DNA of 64,000 nucleotides, taken from assembly GCA_041674285.1 (NCBI GenBank), contig JBAYVZ010000005.1, positions 5,176-69,175 of the forward strand. Direction: 5' to 3'. The DNA comes from Minisyncoccota bacterium (GTDB lineage Bacteria > Patescibacteriota > Minisyncoccia > Phycocordibacterales > UBA9973). Positions 9,466 through 18,463 of the stretch are shown piece after piece. The position numbers and the translations under genes are program-made. Within the stretch, counting starts at the first letter, position 1. Every line of letters starts with the position of its first letter. The notes beneath the pieces are model-generated. The model ran no database searches and was not told where the DNA came from. It saw only the letters and a list, made by a program, of their open reading frames with translations.

Positions 9466-11607
9466 ATGCAAAGTAAAGAATACAGTGTAGAGATAGGCGG
9501 CAAACAAGTTGTCGCGGTTTTTAGTGACCTAGCAAACCAAGCCAATGGCTCTGTGATGCTAAAGTGCGAGGGTACAGTAGTCATGGCCACAGCCGTGATC
9601 AGTCGTGATGGCAAGTCCAATCCAGGCTTCTTTAACCTGACAGTAGAATACCTTGAAAAGTTCTATGCTTCAGGTAAAATCCTCGGATCTCAATTCACTC
9701 GTCGTGAAGGACGTCCTAGTGAGCAGGCAATTCTAGCTGCTCGTGTGATCGACCGCACAATCCGTCCACTGTTTGAGCACCACATCAAAAATGCAGTCCA
9801 AGTGATAGTGACTGTGATAGCAGTAGGCAAGGCAGACCCAAAAACTCTGGGTATCAATGCTGCATCTATCGCACTCTGTACATCTGACATACCATGGCAT
9901 GGACCAATCGGTGCAGTGCATATGTCTATGACAAAGGACGCTCCGACAATAGCTATCAACAATTATATCCCCCAGGCAGACGAGCCAGTATACACACTCG
10001 ACCTGATGGTCTGTGGAAAGGATCGCAATATCGCGATGATCGAAGCTATGGCATTTGAACTCTCTGAAGATGTGATCGGTGAAGGTTTCGATCGTGCAGT
10101 TGCAGAGATAGAAAAGTGGGAGAATTTCCAAAAGATGCTGGTAGCAGAATTCGGAAAAACAAAACTACTATTTCCAAAGCCAGAGGCACCGGCAGAGCTA
10201 TCAGAACTATTCGCAGAAAAAATAAAACCGATTCTAGATGAAGGGGCATTCGGACCAAATAGTAAAAAAGTTCTAGATGATGCATGGCACATCTGGAAGG
10301 GAATAGTAGATGAGAAATACGCAGACATGCCCGAGACAAAATTCGTAGCCGAAGACTACATCGAAGAATATATAAACAAGGTTATTCATGATGCGGCACT
10401 CCTAGAATCAAAACGTCCAGACCTAAGAAAGCTCGATGAAGTCCGCAGTCTGTATGTAAAAGCTGGTGGTATATCAGAAGTTCTCCATGGCTCTGGAATA
10501 TTTTACCGCGGAGAAACTCACGTCATGTCAGTGCTGACACTCGCAGGACCAGAGAGCATGTTCACAATCGATGGTATAGAATTTTCTGCAAAGAAAAGAT
10601 TTATGCATCACTACAACTTTCCTCCGTATTCAGCCGGAGAGACTGGTCGCGTAGGTGGTATCAATCGCCGAGAGATGGGTCATGGATTCCTCGCAGAAAA
10701 AGCACTCATACCAGTACTACCGACAAAAGAAATTTTCCCTTACACTATTCGTGTAGTATCTGAATCAACAGCTTCAAATGGATCGACCTCACAGGCGAGT
10801 ATCTGTGCTTCGACAATAGCTATGATGGATGGGGGCGTACCGATCAAAACTCCTGTCGCAGGAATTTCTATCGGAGTGATGATCGATGAAAAAGACAACA
10901 CAAAGTACGCACTCATCTCTGATATCCAAGGACCAGAGGATCACTACGGAGACATGGACTTTAAAGTCGGAGGCACTGTGAATGGTATCACTGCTATCCA
11001 GCTCGATATCAAAGTCGGAGGCATCCCAGTATTTATTTTGAAGGATGCGCTCATTCGTGCAAAAGCTGCTCGACTACAAATACTAGAAGCAATCACAAAA
11101 GAGATTCCTACACACCGTGCAGACATCTCTGAAAATGCTCCAAAGATTTTGACTGTGAAAATAAACAAGGATCAGATCGGTATGGTCATCGGCCCAGGAG
11201 GTAAAAATGTAAACATGATTCGTGAGAAAACTGGGGCAGAGATTACAATCGAAGAAGACGGAACAGTATTTGTAACAGGTAAAAATGGTGCAGCAGAAAA
11301 AGCACAAAAGATAATCGCGGACATGACTCATGAATACAAGGTAGGTGAAGAGGCTACAGGTACTGTGGTCAAGCTCATGGAATTCGGAGCATTCGTATCT
11401 ATCGCATCTGGCACAGAGGGACTAGTACACATCTCAGAGATCGCACCATTCCGTGTAGAGAAAGTTTCTGATATGCTTAAAGAAGGAGACACAGTTCCAG
11501 TGAAGATAATCAAGGTAGATGAAAAAGGAAGACTCAACCTTTCTATAAAAGAAGCCAACAAAGATTTCTTCAAACCAAAGGCTGCCACTCCAACAGAAGC
11601 AAAATAA
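9466..11607 (+). CDS. pnp: Polyribonucleotide nucleotidyltransferase (PNPase)
   Basis: 713 aa; two RNase PH domains followed by C-terminal KH (IGMVIGPGGKNVNMIREKTGA) and S1 domains. Confidence 0.9.
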   Translation: MQSKEYSVEIGGKQVVAVFSDLANQANGSVMLKCEGTVVMATAVISRDGKSNPGFFNLTVEYLEKFYASGKILGSQFTRREGRPSEQAILAARVIDRTIRPLFEHHIKNAVQVIVTVIAVGKADPKTLGINAASIALCTSDIPWHGPIGAVHMSMTKDAPTIAINNYIPQADEPVYTLDLMVCGKDRNIAMIEAMAFELSEDVIGEGFDRAVAEIEKWENFQKMLVAEFGKTKLLFPKPEAPAELSELFAEKIKPILDEGAFGPNSKKVLDDAWHIWKGIVDEKYADMPETKFVAEDYIEEYINKVIHDAALLESKRPDLRKLDEVRSLYVKAGGISEVLHGSGIFYRGETHVMSVLTLAGPESMFTIDGIEFSAKKRFMHHYNFPPYSAGETGRVGGINRREMGHGFLAEKALIPVLPTKEIFPYTIRVVSESTASNGSTSQASICASTIAMMDGGVPIKTPVAGISIGVMIDEKDNTKYALISDIQGPEDHYGDMDFKVGGTVNGITAIQLDIKVGGIPVFILKDALIRAKAARLQILEAITKEIPTHRADISENAPKILTVKINKDQIGMVIGPGGKNVNMIREKTGAEITIEEDGTVFVTGKNGAAEKAQKIIADMTHEYKVGEEATGTVVKLMEFGAFVSIASGTEGLVHISEIAPFRVEKVSDMLKEGDTVPVKIIKVDEKGRLNLSIKEANKDFFKPKAATPTEAK

Positions 11608-11612
11608 AAACT

Positions 11613-11738
11613 ATGGATCCCGTTAGAGATGTGCTTGTCATATTTTTAATTGAGGTGAATTATAAAAATTAAGGTCGTATTTTTAGCATAAACTAATAAG
11701 ATACGGTAATGTAAACATTACCTATCTCTAACGGGATG
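11613..11738 (+). repeat. A-element copy A3
   Basis: ATGGA-TCCCGTTAGAGAT ... GGTAATGT-aaac-ACATTACC-t-ATCTCTAACGGG-ATGGA, with the 5-nt direct repeat ATGGA at both ends. Confidence 0.85.
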
Positions 11739-12617
11739 GACAAAAAAAATAACCCGACAAAAATACAAAACATCCACACCTATTCATCCGACATGGCAGA
11801 TGCAGTACGCGAACAAGAAGCGACGGTTATTAAAATCGCCCTAGCAGAAAAAGAGAGGAAGGATAGAGAAAAATATGTAGAAGAAAATAAAAATAATTTT
11901 TCTTCAAATATTTTTTATGTTATAGGAGGAGTTGTACTAATAGTATCATCCATCTGGGCCACTTCTTACTTTATACAAAAAGGTAAAGAGGCATCCTCGA
12001 TCGCAGTTAAAAAAACTACAGTAGATACTCTGATAAAGACAGATGAACAGATGATGCTAGATGTGACAAGTATCACAAACAAGCAGGACCTAATAAACGC
12101 AATAAAAACTGAAAAATTAAAAGAAATTAAAATTGGAAATATAAAGTCGATAGTTCTATATACAAATACAGAGACTGGGGTAAAAATGCTAACCACCACA
12201 GACCTACTGGAAAGACTCTCGATAAATGTTCCTGGAGCTCTAGCTCGATCACTACATGAGAGTTTCATGCTGGGAGTTCATCAGATAGGAGGAGAGAGAA
12301 ACTTATTCCTAGTATTATCTACAAATGACTACAATTCATCTTTTGCAGGGATGTTATCATGGGAACCTACCATCCTCTCTTCTATGTTTAGTCTATTTAG
12401 TGTGAATGTTTCATCTAGCCTAGAAGGTGTATTTGAAACACCCTGGGGAGATAAGATCATTTTAAACAAAGATTCTAGAGTATTATCTCTACCTGATGGT
12501 ACAGAATTGCTCTCTTACATGTTTATAGACAAGAATAAATTGATTTTAACTGACAAAGAGGAAACAATAAAAGAAGTGATTCAAAGACTAGTTACACAGA
12601 ACATAAAACCCATATAA
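11736..12617 (+). CDS. Hypothetical membrane-anchored protein
   Basis: Single TM (VIGGVVLIVSSIWATSYFI) after a charged N-terminus. No recognisable domain. Confidence 0.35.
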   Translation: MDKKNNPTKIQNIHTYSSDMADAVREQEATVIKIALAEKERKDREKYVEENKNNFSSNIFYVIGGVVLIVSSIWATSYFIQKGKEASSIAVKKTTVDTLIKTDEQMMLDVTSITNKQDLINAIKTEKLKEIKIGNIKSIVLYTNTETGVKMLTTTDLLERLSINVPGALARSLHESFMLGVHQIGGERNLFLVLSTNDYNSSFAGMLSWEPTILSSMFSLFSVNVSSSLEGVFETPWGDKIILNKDSRVLSLPDGTELLSYMFIDKNKLILTDKEETIKEVIQRLVTQNIKPI

Positions 12618-12651
12618 TTGCTGTTTTAATTATAAATGATAAAATTTAACT

Positions 12652-12993
12652 ATGGAAAACTACAAAATAAAACTCGAAGAGGAAAAGCAAATATTAGAGG
12701 AAGAGCTTTCTGGCCTAGGCAAGAAAAATACAGAGACAGGACAGTGGCAAGCAGTCAGTGACGACGCCGGGGCAACAGAAGCAGACGAAAGCGACATGGA
12801 CGACAGAGGTGAGGACTATGAAGAAAAATCTTCTCTGATCCGAGTCCTGTCAAAGAGACTCACTGGTATACTAGTAGCACTCGACAAGATTGAAGGTGGA
12901 AAGTATGGCAAGTGTGAAAAATGTGGCCTTGATATCGAAGCCGAGAGACTAGAAGCAAACCCCTCAGCACCGACTTGTAAAAATTGTATGTAA
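12652..12993 (+). CDS. DksA/TraR-family C4 zinc-finger protein
   Basis: C-terminal CEKCGLDIEAERLEANPSAPTCKNC CxxC-x17-CxxC after an acidic coiled region. Confidence 0.55.
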   Translation: MENYKIKLEEEKQILEEELSGLGKKNTETGQWQAVSDDAGATEADESDMDDRGEDYEEKSSLIRVLSKRLTGILVALDKIEGGKYGKCEKCGLDIEAERLEANPSAPTCKNCM

Positions 12994-12994
12994 C

Positions 12995-13022
12995 AAAAAA
13001 ATCCGCAATTGCGGATTTTTTT
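12995..13022. terminator. Hairpin terminator
   Basis: AAAAAAATCCGCAATTGCGGATTTTTTT. Confidence 0.6.
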
Positions 13023-13054
13023 ATTTATAAATCATTCAAAAGAAAAAATTAAAT

Positions 13055-13150
13055 ATTTCCTGAGTAGGGGGTCCTGCGAGCGGCCGGCTAGCAATTTCAG
13101 AAAATTCTTAGCAAAGAATTTTCGTACCCGGAGCAGGAAGATATTTCATT
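13055..13150 (-). repeat. B-element copy B4 (divergent; same orientation as B2)
   Basis: GAAAATTCTT-agca-AAGAATTTTC hairpin and a GTACC block with GC-rich flanks. Aligns to B2 with compensatory changes in the hairpin. Confidence 0.45.
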
Positions 13151-13201
13151 TTTTCTTTAAAATATTTTGAATTTTTATATTGATAGAGTTATAATTATTT
13201 T

Positions 13202-14773
13202 ATGTCATTCTCGCGAATATATTCTGCGCAGACACATCTACTAAAAGGCAAAGTAGTAACTATCGAAGTGGACATCACAAAGGGAACACTCCATGCATTT
13301 ACTCTTGTCGGACTACCAGACAAGGCCGTCGATGAATCCAAAGACCGCATGAGCTCAGCTCTGAAAAATTCTGGATTCAATTCTCCTAAAAATCAAAATC
13401 AAAAAATAGTCATCTCACTGTCTCCGGCAGATTTAAAAAAGGAGGGACCGTATTTTGATCTGGGTATCGCACTCGCATATCTACTGTCTGCAGGGGAGAT
13501 TGATTTCGATCCAGAGGGAAAAATATTTCTAGGTGAACTATCACTCAATGGTGAACTACAAAATATAAAAGGTGCACTGCCGCTGGCCGAGGAGGCCAAG
13601 AAGCGAGGCTTCAAAGAAATATTTTTACCAATCGGCAATGCGACAGAAGCAGCTCTCGTGTCGGGAATAAAAATTTATGGAGCTCGAAATCTCCGCGAAG
13701 TCATCGATCATCTATCTATACCTCGTAGGGACAAGAAGGGGAATTTATTGGAGCCAGAAAAAAATAAAATCGCACAGACACCCGAGACAAAAATAATTTT
13801 TGAAAATAAAAAACATGCGATAGATTTTTCTGACATTCGGGGACAAGAGGGTGCAAAGCGTGGATTAGAAATTGCAGCAGCCGGTGGACACAACATAGCG
13901 ATGAGTGGATCACCCGGCACAGGCAAGACGATGCTCGCACGAGTCTTCTCGCACATCCTACCCGAACTTTCCAAAGAAGATATTTTAGAAATCACAGGAA
14001 TACATTCTGTCGTCGGACTACTCGATGGAGCACTCGTGACCGAATCTCCATTCCGTGCACCACATCATACTGCGAGCTATGTATCGATGATCGGTGGTGG
14101 AACTAATCCAAAGCCAGGCGAGGTCACCCTCGCGCACAAGGGGGTTTTATTTTTAGATGAGTTCCCGGAGTTTGAGAAAAAAGTTCTCGAATCATTACGA
14201 CAACCACTCGAAGACAATATCGTATCCATCTCTCGTGCACGAGGGTCTGCAATATTTCCATCAAATTTTATTCTAGTTGCTGCGATGAATCCATGCCCGT
14301 GTGGCAATCGCGGTGACAAGAAAAAAATGTGTATCTGCAAACCGATGGACCTGGATAGATACAACAGAAAACTTTCCGGACCGATTCTAGATCGTATCGA
14401 CATCTGGGTAAATGTATCGTCAGTGGACTACGACAAACTCGCGAGTGAAGGGGTAGAGGGAGACAGAACAGAGACTATCAAGGAGCGCGTAGCCCGAGCC
14501 CGCAATATCCAGGAGAAGAGATTCAAGAGTGCTACAAGAAATATCAAGACAAATAGTGAGATGAATGTAAAAGAATTGAATGCATTCGCACCACTCTCGC
14601 CCGAGGTTCGTGAGATACTGCACAGCAGTGCCGAGCGACTACAGTTATCCGCTCGTGCATATCATCGAGTGATAAAGCTCGCCCGCACTATCGCAGATCT
14701 CGAGAGCTCTGAGCACATCACCACTCCGCATATCCTCGAAGCTCTGCAGTATAGACCGCGGACGCAGAATTAA
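13202..14773 (+). CDS. comM: Mg-chelatase-like AAA+ ATPase YifB/ComM
   Basis: GSPGTGKTM Walker A, VLFLDEFPEF Walker B, and a C-terminal ChlI/ComM region. Confidence 0.8.
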   Translation: MSFSRIYSAQTHLLKGKVVTIEVDITKGTLHAFTLVGLPDKAVDESKDRMSSALKNSGFNSPKNQNQKIVISLSPADLKKEGPYFDLGIALAYLLSAGEIDFDPEGKIFLGELSLNGELQNIKGALPLAEEAKKRGFKEIFLPIGNATEAALVSGIKIYGARNLREVIDHLSIPRRDKKGNLLEPEKNKIAQTPETKIIFENKKHAIDFSDIRGQEGAKRGLEIAAAGGHNIAMSGSPGTGKTMLARVFSHILPELSKEDILEITGIHSVVGLLDGALVTESPFRAPHHTASYVSMIGGGTNPKPGEVTLAHKGVLFLDEFPEFEKKVLESLRQPLEDNIVSISRARGSAIFPSNFILVAAMNPCPCGNRGDKKKMCICKPMDLDRYNRKLSGPILDRIDIWVNVSSVDYDKLASEGVEGDRTETIKERVARARNIQEKRFKSATRNIKTNSEMNVKELNAFAPLSPEVREILHSSAERLQLSARAYHRVIKLARTIADLESSEHITTPHILEALQYRPRTQN

Positions 14774-14788
14774 TACACCTCACCCCAG

Positions 14789-14809
14789 CCCTCTCCTGAA
14801 AGGAGAGGG
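14789..14809. terminator. GC-rich hairpin between convergent comM and the TrmB-like gene
   Basis: CCCTCTCCT-gaa-AGGAGAGGG. Confidence 0.4.
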
Positions 14810-14820
14810 TGAATAATACC

Positions 14821-15594
14821 TTAAATCTCTTTTTCTAATCTTTTGGCTTCGGACCAGGCAAGCTCGTAGATCTTTTTCATAGCATCTGCTATCTCGGCGG
14901 ATTCAATGATAATTCCTAACTTTTCACGCCAAGAGGCTATCATGACCTTATTGTCGTAGATATTTATCTCTGGGTGAAAACCAAAACTATCAGGAACTAT
15001 TACAGATTCACGCTTCTCTTCTTTATCAAGACTAGCTCTTTCACGAGCATCTTGAGAATCGGGAAAAATTGCACGTATTGGAATACCTTTTTTTGCACGC
15101 CTCTTGTAATACTCAGGGAAATAATGGGGAAGTGTCGGCTGGATATCCTCGACACTTGCATAGGCAAGAATTGTCTCACTAGAGCTGAGAGTATCCTCAT
15201 ACACCTTCTGCAATCCATCCTTCCCCTCATAAAATTTTATCTTTGGCCTATTCTCTTTATTGTGAATAGATACCAGCTCAGGAATGATCTCTTTGGCCTG
15301 CTTAAGTGCGCTCGTATATTCGGATATCTTTTCCTGTAAGATATGCTCGATATTCTCAGGGGACTCAGCTGTGTATTCCTGCTTTGGTTCTTTGCCCGAG
15401 GTACGCACGAGCTTTTTAAGCTCGAGAGCTGCCAATACATGATAAGCAGTAGGGCGGTTGATACCAGCTTTGCGGGCAATCTGCGTAACGGTACCTTTTC
15501 CCAATTCCAGTAGAGCCAAATAGACTTCAATTTCTTTCTCTGAAAAGCCAATAGAAAGTAGGCTTTTTTTTATATCAAATGATGTATTTTCCAT
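14821..15594 (-). CDS. TrmB-family HTH transcriptional regulator
   Basis: N-terminal FSEKEIEVYLALLELGKGTVTQIARKAGINRPTAYHVLAALE wHTH. Confidence 0.55.
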   Translation of the reverse strand: MENTSFDIKKSLLSIGFSEKEIEVYLALLELGKGTVTQIARKAGINRPTAYHVLAALELKKLVRTSGKEPKQEYTAESPENIEHILQEKISEYTSALKQAKEIIPELVSIHNKENRPKIKFYEGKDGLQKVYEDTLSSSETILAYASVEDIQPTLPHYFPEYYKRRAKKGIPIRAIFPDSQDARERASLDKEEKRESVIVPDSFGFHPEINIYDNKVMIASWREKLGIIIESAEIADAMKKIYELAWSEAKRLEKEI

Positions 15595-15634
15595 CTCATT
15601 AAAAAATTAAAATAATAATGTTTATTTACAGTTT

Positions 15635-15658
15635 CCCGTAAGTCGATTTTCTAACGGG
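15635..15658 (-). repeat. Degenerate or minimal A-element (arms only: CCCGTTAG ... CTTACGGG)
   Basis: On the minus strand GTCCCGTTAGAAAATCGACTTACGGGA lies 45 nt upstream of the TrmB-like start. Confidence 0.3.
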
Positions 15659-15825
15659 ACAAGTATATTCATTGTATTCCAAGCACTATATTTTGTCAAT
15701 CTATATCAACAATATTATTTAAATCTATAAAACACCCTGTTTTACAAGATTAAAATTAAAGAAATTAGTTCTGTGTGCTTGACAAATATTGCTTGCCTGA
15801 TATTATATATATAAAATTTTAAAAC

Positions 15826-16248
15826 ATGGAACAAATAGAAAAAGGGCTCGACGACTTTCGAGTAGAAGCAGTTCGGGGTTTTTTAGGATATCAATCACTA
15901 AAGTATGATTTATCTAAAATAACACCAATTCAAATAAAGTATTCTAGATTATACTTTAAAAAAGAAGGATGTTTTATTGGTGACCTCAGATTAGAAGAAG
16001 CTACTTATATTAGTGATGCGATACTTCCTAATACCGAGGTCAAAAATGTACTATTAGAGGTAGATAGAGCTGGTAATCAGTGGCGAGTAGTCATGAAAAT
16101 TAATTTTTTTGGCTTGAGCTTGTGTGTGCCCCACACAGAAGAAAAACAATTCTATCTAGTTGGAATTCCTGATAATTTTGCCCCCAGATTCAAGGTAATT
16201 TGCAGGGAAGATGACCCTAATTTTCACAGAAATGACAATCTAATTTAA
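15826..16248 (+). CDS. Hypothetical protein
   Basis: 140-aa ORF with no recognisable motif. Confidence 0.3.
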   Translation: MEQIEKGLDDFRVEAVRGFLGYQSLKYDLSKITPIQIKYSRLYFKKEGCFIGDLRLEEATYISDAILPNTEVKNVLLEVDRAGNQWRVVMKINFFGLSLCVPHTEEKQFYLVGIPDNFAPRFKVICREDDPNFHRNDNLI

Positions 16249-16327
16249 TTTTTCATATAGAGCAGTGGGCTAACTACTGTTCTATATTATAAAGTTAATT
16301 TAAGTTATTATTAAATAAGTAAAATAT

Positions 16328-18013
16328 ATGACAAAGCAAAATTGTAAAACATGTAGTAGCGAGTTTGAGATAAGAGACGAGGATCTTGTTTTTTATGAGC
16401 AGATGAAAACAGTCCCGCCCACATACTGCCCAAATTGCCGAATGGCAAAAAGATTGACCTTCCGAAATGAAAGAACTTTTTACAAGCGCCCTTGTGACAT
16501 GTGCAAAAAGGATATCATCACAGTTTACTCTCCGGACTCACCATACACTGTATACTGCCACGATTGCTGGTGGGGTGACGCTTGGGACCCAAAAAGTTTC
16601 GGCAAAGATTATGATTTTAGTAAATCATTTTTCGAACAATACAAAGAACTACAACACGAAGTACCCCGAATTGGCCTCATGGCTTTCAATAATGTCCGAA
16701 GTGAGTATACAAATGGTTCAGCAGAAAATAAAGATTGCTATCTAATATTTGCTGCCGATTACAATGAAGATTGTATGTACGGGCGACTATTACAACGTGA
16801 CAAGCAGTGTGTGGATTGTGCATTCCTGCACGAATCAGAGCTCTGTTATGAATGTATCGACTGCCGACAATGCTTTAAAACAATGTACAGTGAGCAATGC
16901 CAGTCTAGCAGTGACCTACTATTCTGCTACAACATGCGTGATTCACAAAATTGTATTTTGTGTACCAATGGTCGCCATATGTCGAACTCTATTTTAAACA
17001 TAAAATATGACAAGGCCACATTCGAAGAAAAGAAAAAAGAAATACTTTCAAGTTATGAAAATATAGAAAATGCCAAAAAAAGTTTTGAAGAAATAAAAAA
17101 ACAGGCTATAAAAAAATACGCATCCCGCACAAAATGTCACAATGTGACAGGAGACTACCTACACAATTGCTATGATGGGGTAATGCTTTTTGACACATAT
17201 GATGCAAAAAATTGTTCTTATATGACTGACTGTGAAAGCCCGATAGATAGTATGGATTGCAATAACTACTACTACAAACCAGAACTAGGCTACAACATAA
17301 TGGGTGCACTAGAAGGAAGTAAGTTAAAAAATTCAGCTTTTGTATTCTACTGCAACGATGTCGAATATTGTGAGAGTTGTCATCATTTATCAGATTCAAT
17401 TGGATGTATTGGAATCCGAAAAGGAAAGTATCTGATTCTAAATAGAGAATATTCAAAAGAAGAATATCTAGATATTAGAAAAAAAATTGATGAACAAATG
17501 AAAGGGGATGAAAATTATGGACAATTTTTCCCGACAGATATTGCGCCTTTCGGATACAACGAAACACTCTCGCAAGATTTCTTTCCTCTAACACGTGAAG
17601 AGGCTCTGGCTAGAGGTTATCATTGGCAAGAAAAAAATACAGGTACATTTGGCAAGGAGACAATGGGCGAAGAAAATATTCCGAGCTCCATAGAAAAGAC
17701 ACAGGACACGATAATATCAGAGATCCTAGCCTGCAATGAATGTGGCAAGAATTATAAAATCACACAAGCAGAATTGGATTTTTATAAACGACTAAACATC
17801 CCGATCCCGCACAAAGATTTTGAATGTCGCCACCAAGACAGGATGAGAAAAAGAAATCCGAGAAAATTATATGATGGTCACTGTATGTGTGAGGCAGAAA
17901 ATCATATCAATCACGAGGGCTCAAAGTGTAGCGAGATATTCAAGACGACATACAGCCCCGACAGAGGCGAGACAGTATACTGTGAATCATGTTATCAGCA
18001 AGAAGTATCATAA
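16328..18013 (+). CDS. Cysteine-rich protein with multiple zinc-ribbon modules, function unknown
   Basis: More than 35 Cys. The module C-x2-C...Y-x-R...C-x2-C...VYC-x2-C recurs at the N- and C-termini around a central Cys cluster. Confidence 0.4.
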   Translation: MTKQNCKTCSSEFEIRDEDLVFYEQMKTVPPTYCPNCRMAKRLTFRNERTFYKRPCDMCKKDIITVYSPDSPYTVYCHDCWWGDAWDPKSFGKDYDFSKSFFEQYKELQHEVPRIGLMAFNNVRSEYTNGSAENKDCYLIFAADYNEDCMYGRLLQRDKQCVDCAFLHESELCYECIDCRQCFKTMYSEQCQSSSDLLFCYNMRDSQNCILCTNGRHMSNSILNIKYDKATFEEKKKEILSSYENIENAKKSFEEIKKQAIKKYASRTKCHNVTGDYLHNCYDGVMLFDTYDAKNCSYMTDCESPIDSMDCNNYYYKPELGYNIMGALEGSKLKNSAFVFYCNDVEYCESCHHLSDSIGCIGIRKGKYLILNREYSKEEYLDIRKKIDEQMKGDENYGQFFPTDIAPFGYNETLSQDFFPLTREEALARGYHWQEKNTGTFGKETMGEENIPSSIEKTQDTIISEILACNECGKNYKITQAELDFYKRLNIPIPHKDFECRHQDRMRKRNPRKLYDGHCMCEAENHINHEGSKCSEIFKTTYSPDRGETVYCESCYQQEVS

Positions 18014-18016
18014 ATT

Positions 18017-18043
18017 AAAATCACCCCATATTGGGGTGATTTT
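18017..18043. terminator. Bidirectional hairpin terminator
   Basis: AAAATCACCCC-atatt-GGGGTGATTTT. Confidence 0.6.
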
Positions 18044-18049
18044 AATTTA

Positions 18050-18463
18050 TTATTTATTGTACTGAGCTCTGATCTGTGCGCCGGCGACACCGTCGACTAT
18101 CAGACCCTTTGACGCTTGGAATTCACGGAGAGCTTTATCTGTCAGTGGGCCAAAGTTGCTTGTCGCCTTGTGAGTCGCTAGTTCTTTTGCAGCAGGACCT
18201 ACTGATTTCTTTATTAAAAATTTCTGGAGAGTCATAACATCTGAACCCTTCATACCTAGCTTCAAATTACGGACAGTAGCCTTTTTTGATTTAGCTTTTG
18301 CTTTTGGCTTGGCTGAATACGGAGCAGTACCTACTGTGAATTTGGTAGGAGTAGGGATAAATCTTTCCGCTGAAACAAAAAGAGGTGAAACTCCAGCTAA
18401 AAATGAAGCGAATATAAAAATTGTAAATATTTTTTTAATCATTTGGTTGGAAGTCACGTGCAT
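18050..18463 (-). CDS. Secreted peptidoglycan-binding-domain protein
   Basis: Signal peptide; the C-terminal GSDVMTLQKFL...GPLTDKALREFQASKGLIVDGVAG matches the PG_binding_1 pattern. Confidence 0.5.
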   Translation of the reverse strand: MHVTSNQMIKKIFTIFIFASFLAGVSPLFVSAERFIPTPTKFTVGTAPYSAKPKAKAKSKKATVRNLKLGMKGSDVMTLQKFLIKKSVGPAAKELATHKATSNFGPLTDKALREFQASKGLIVDGVAGAQIRAQYNK

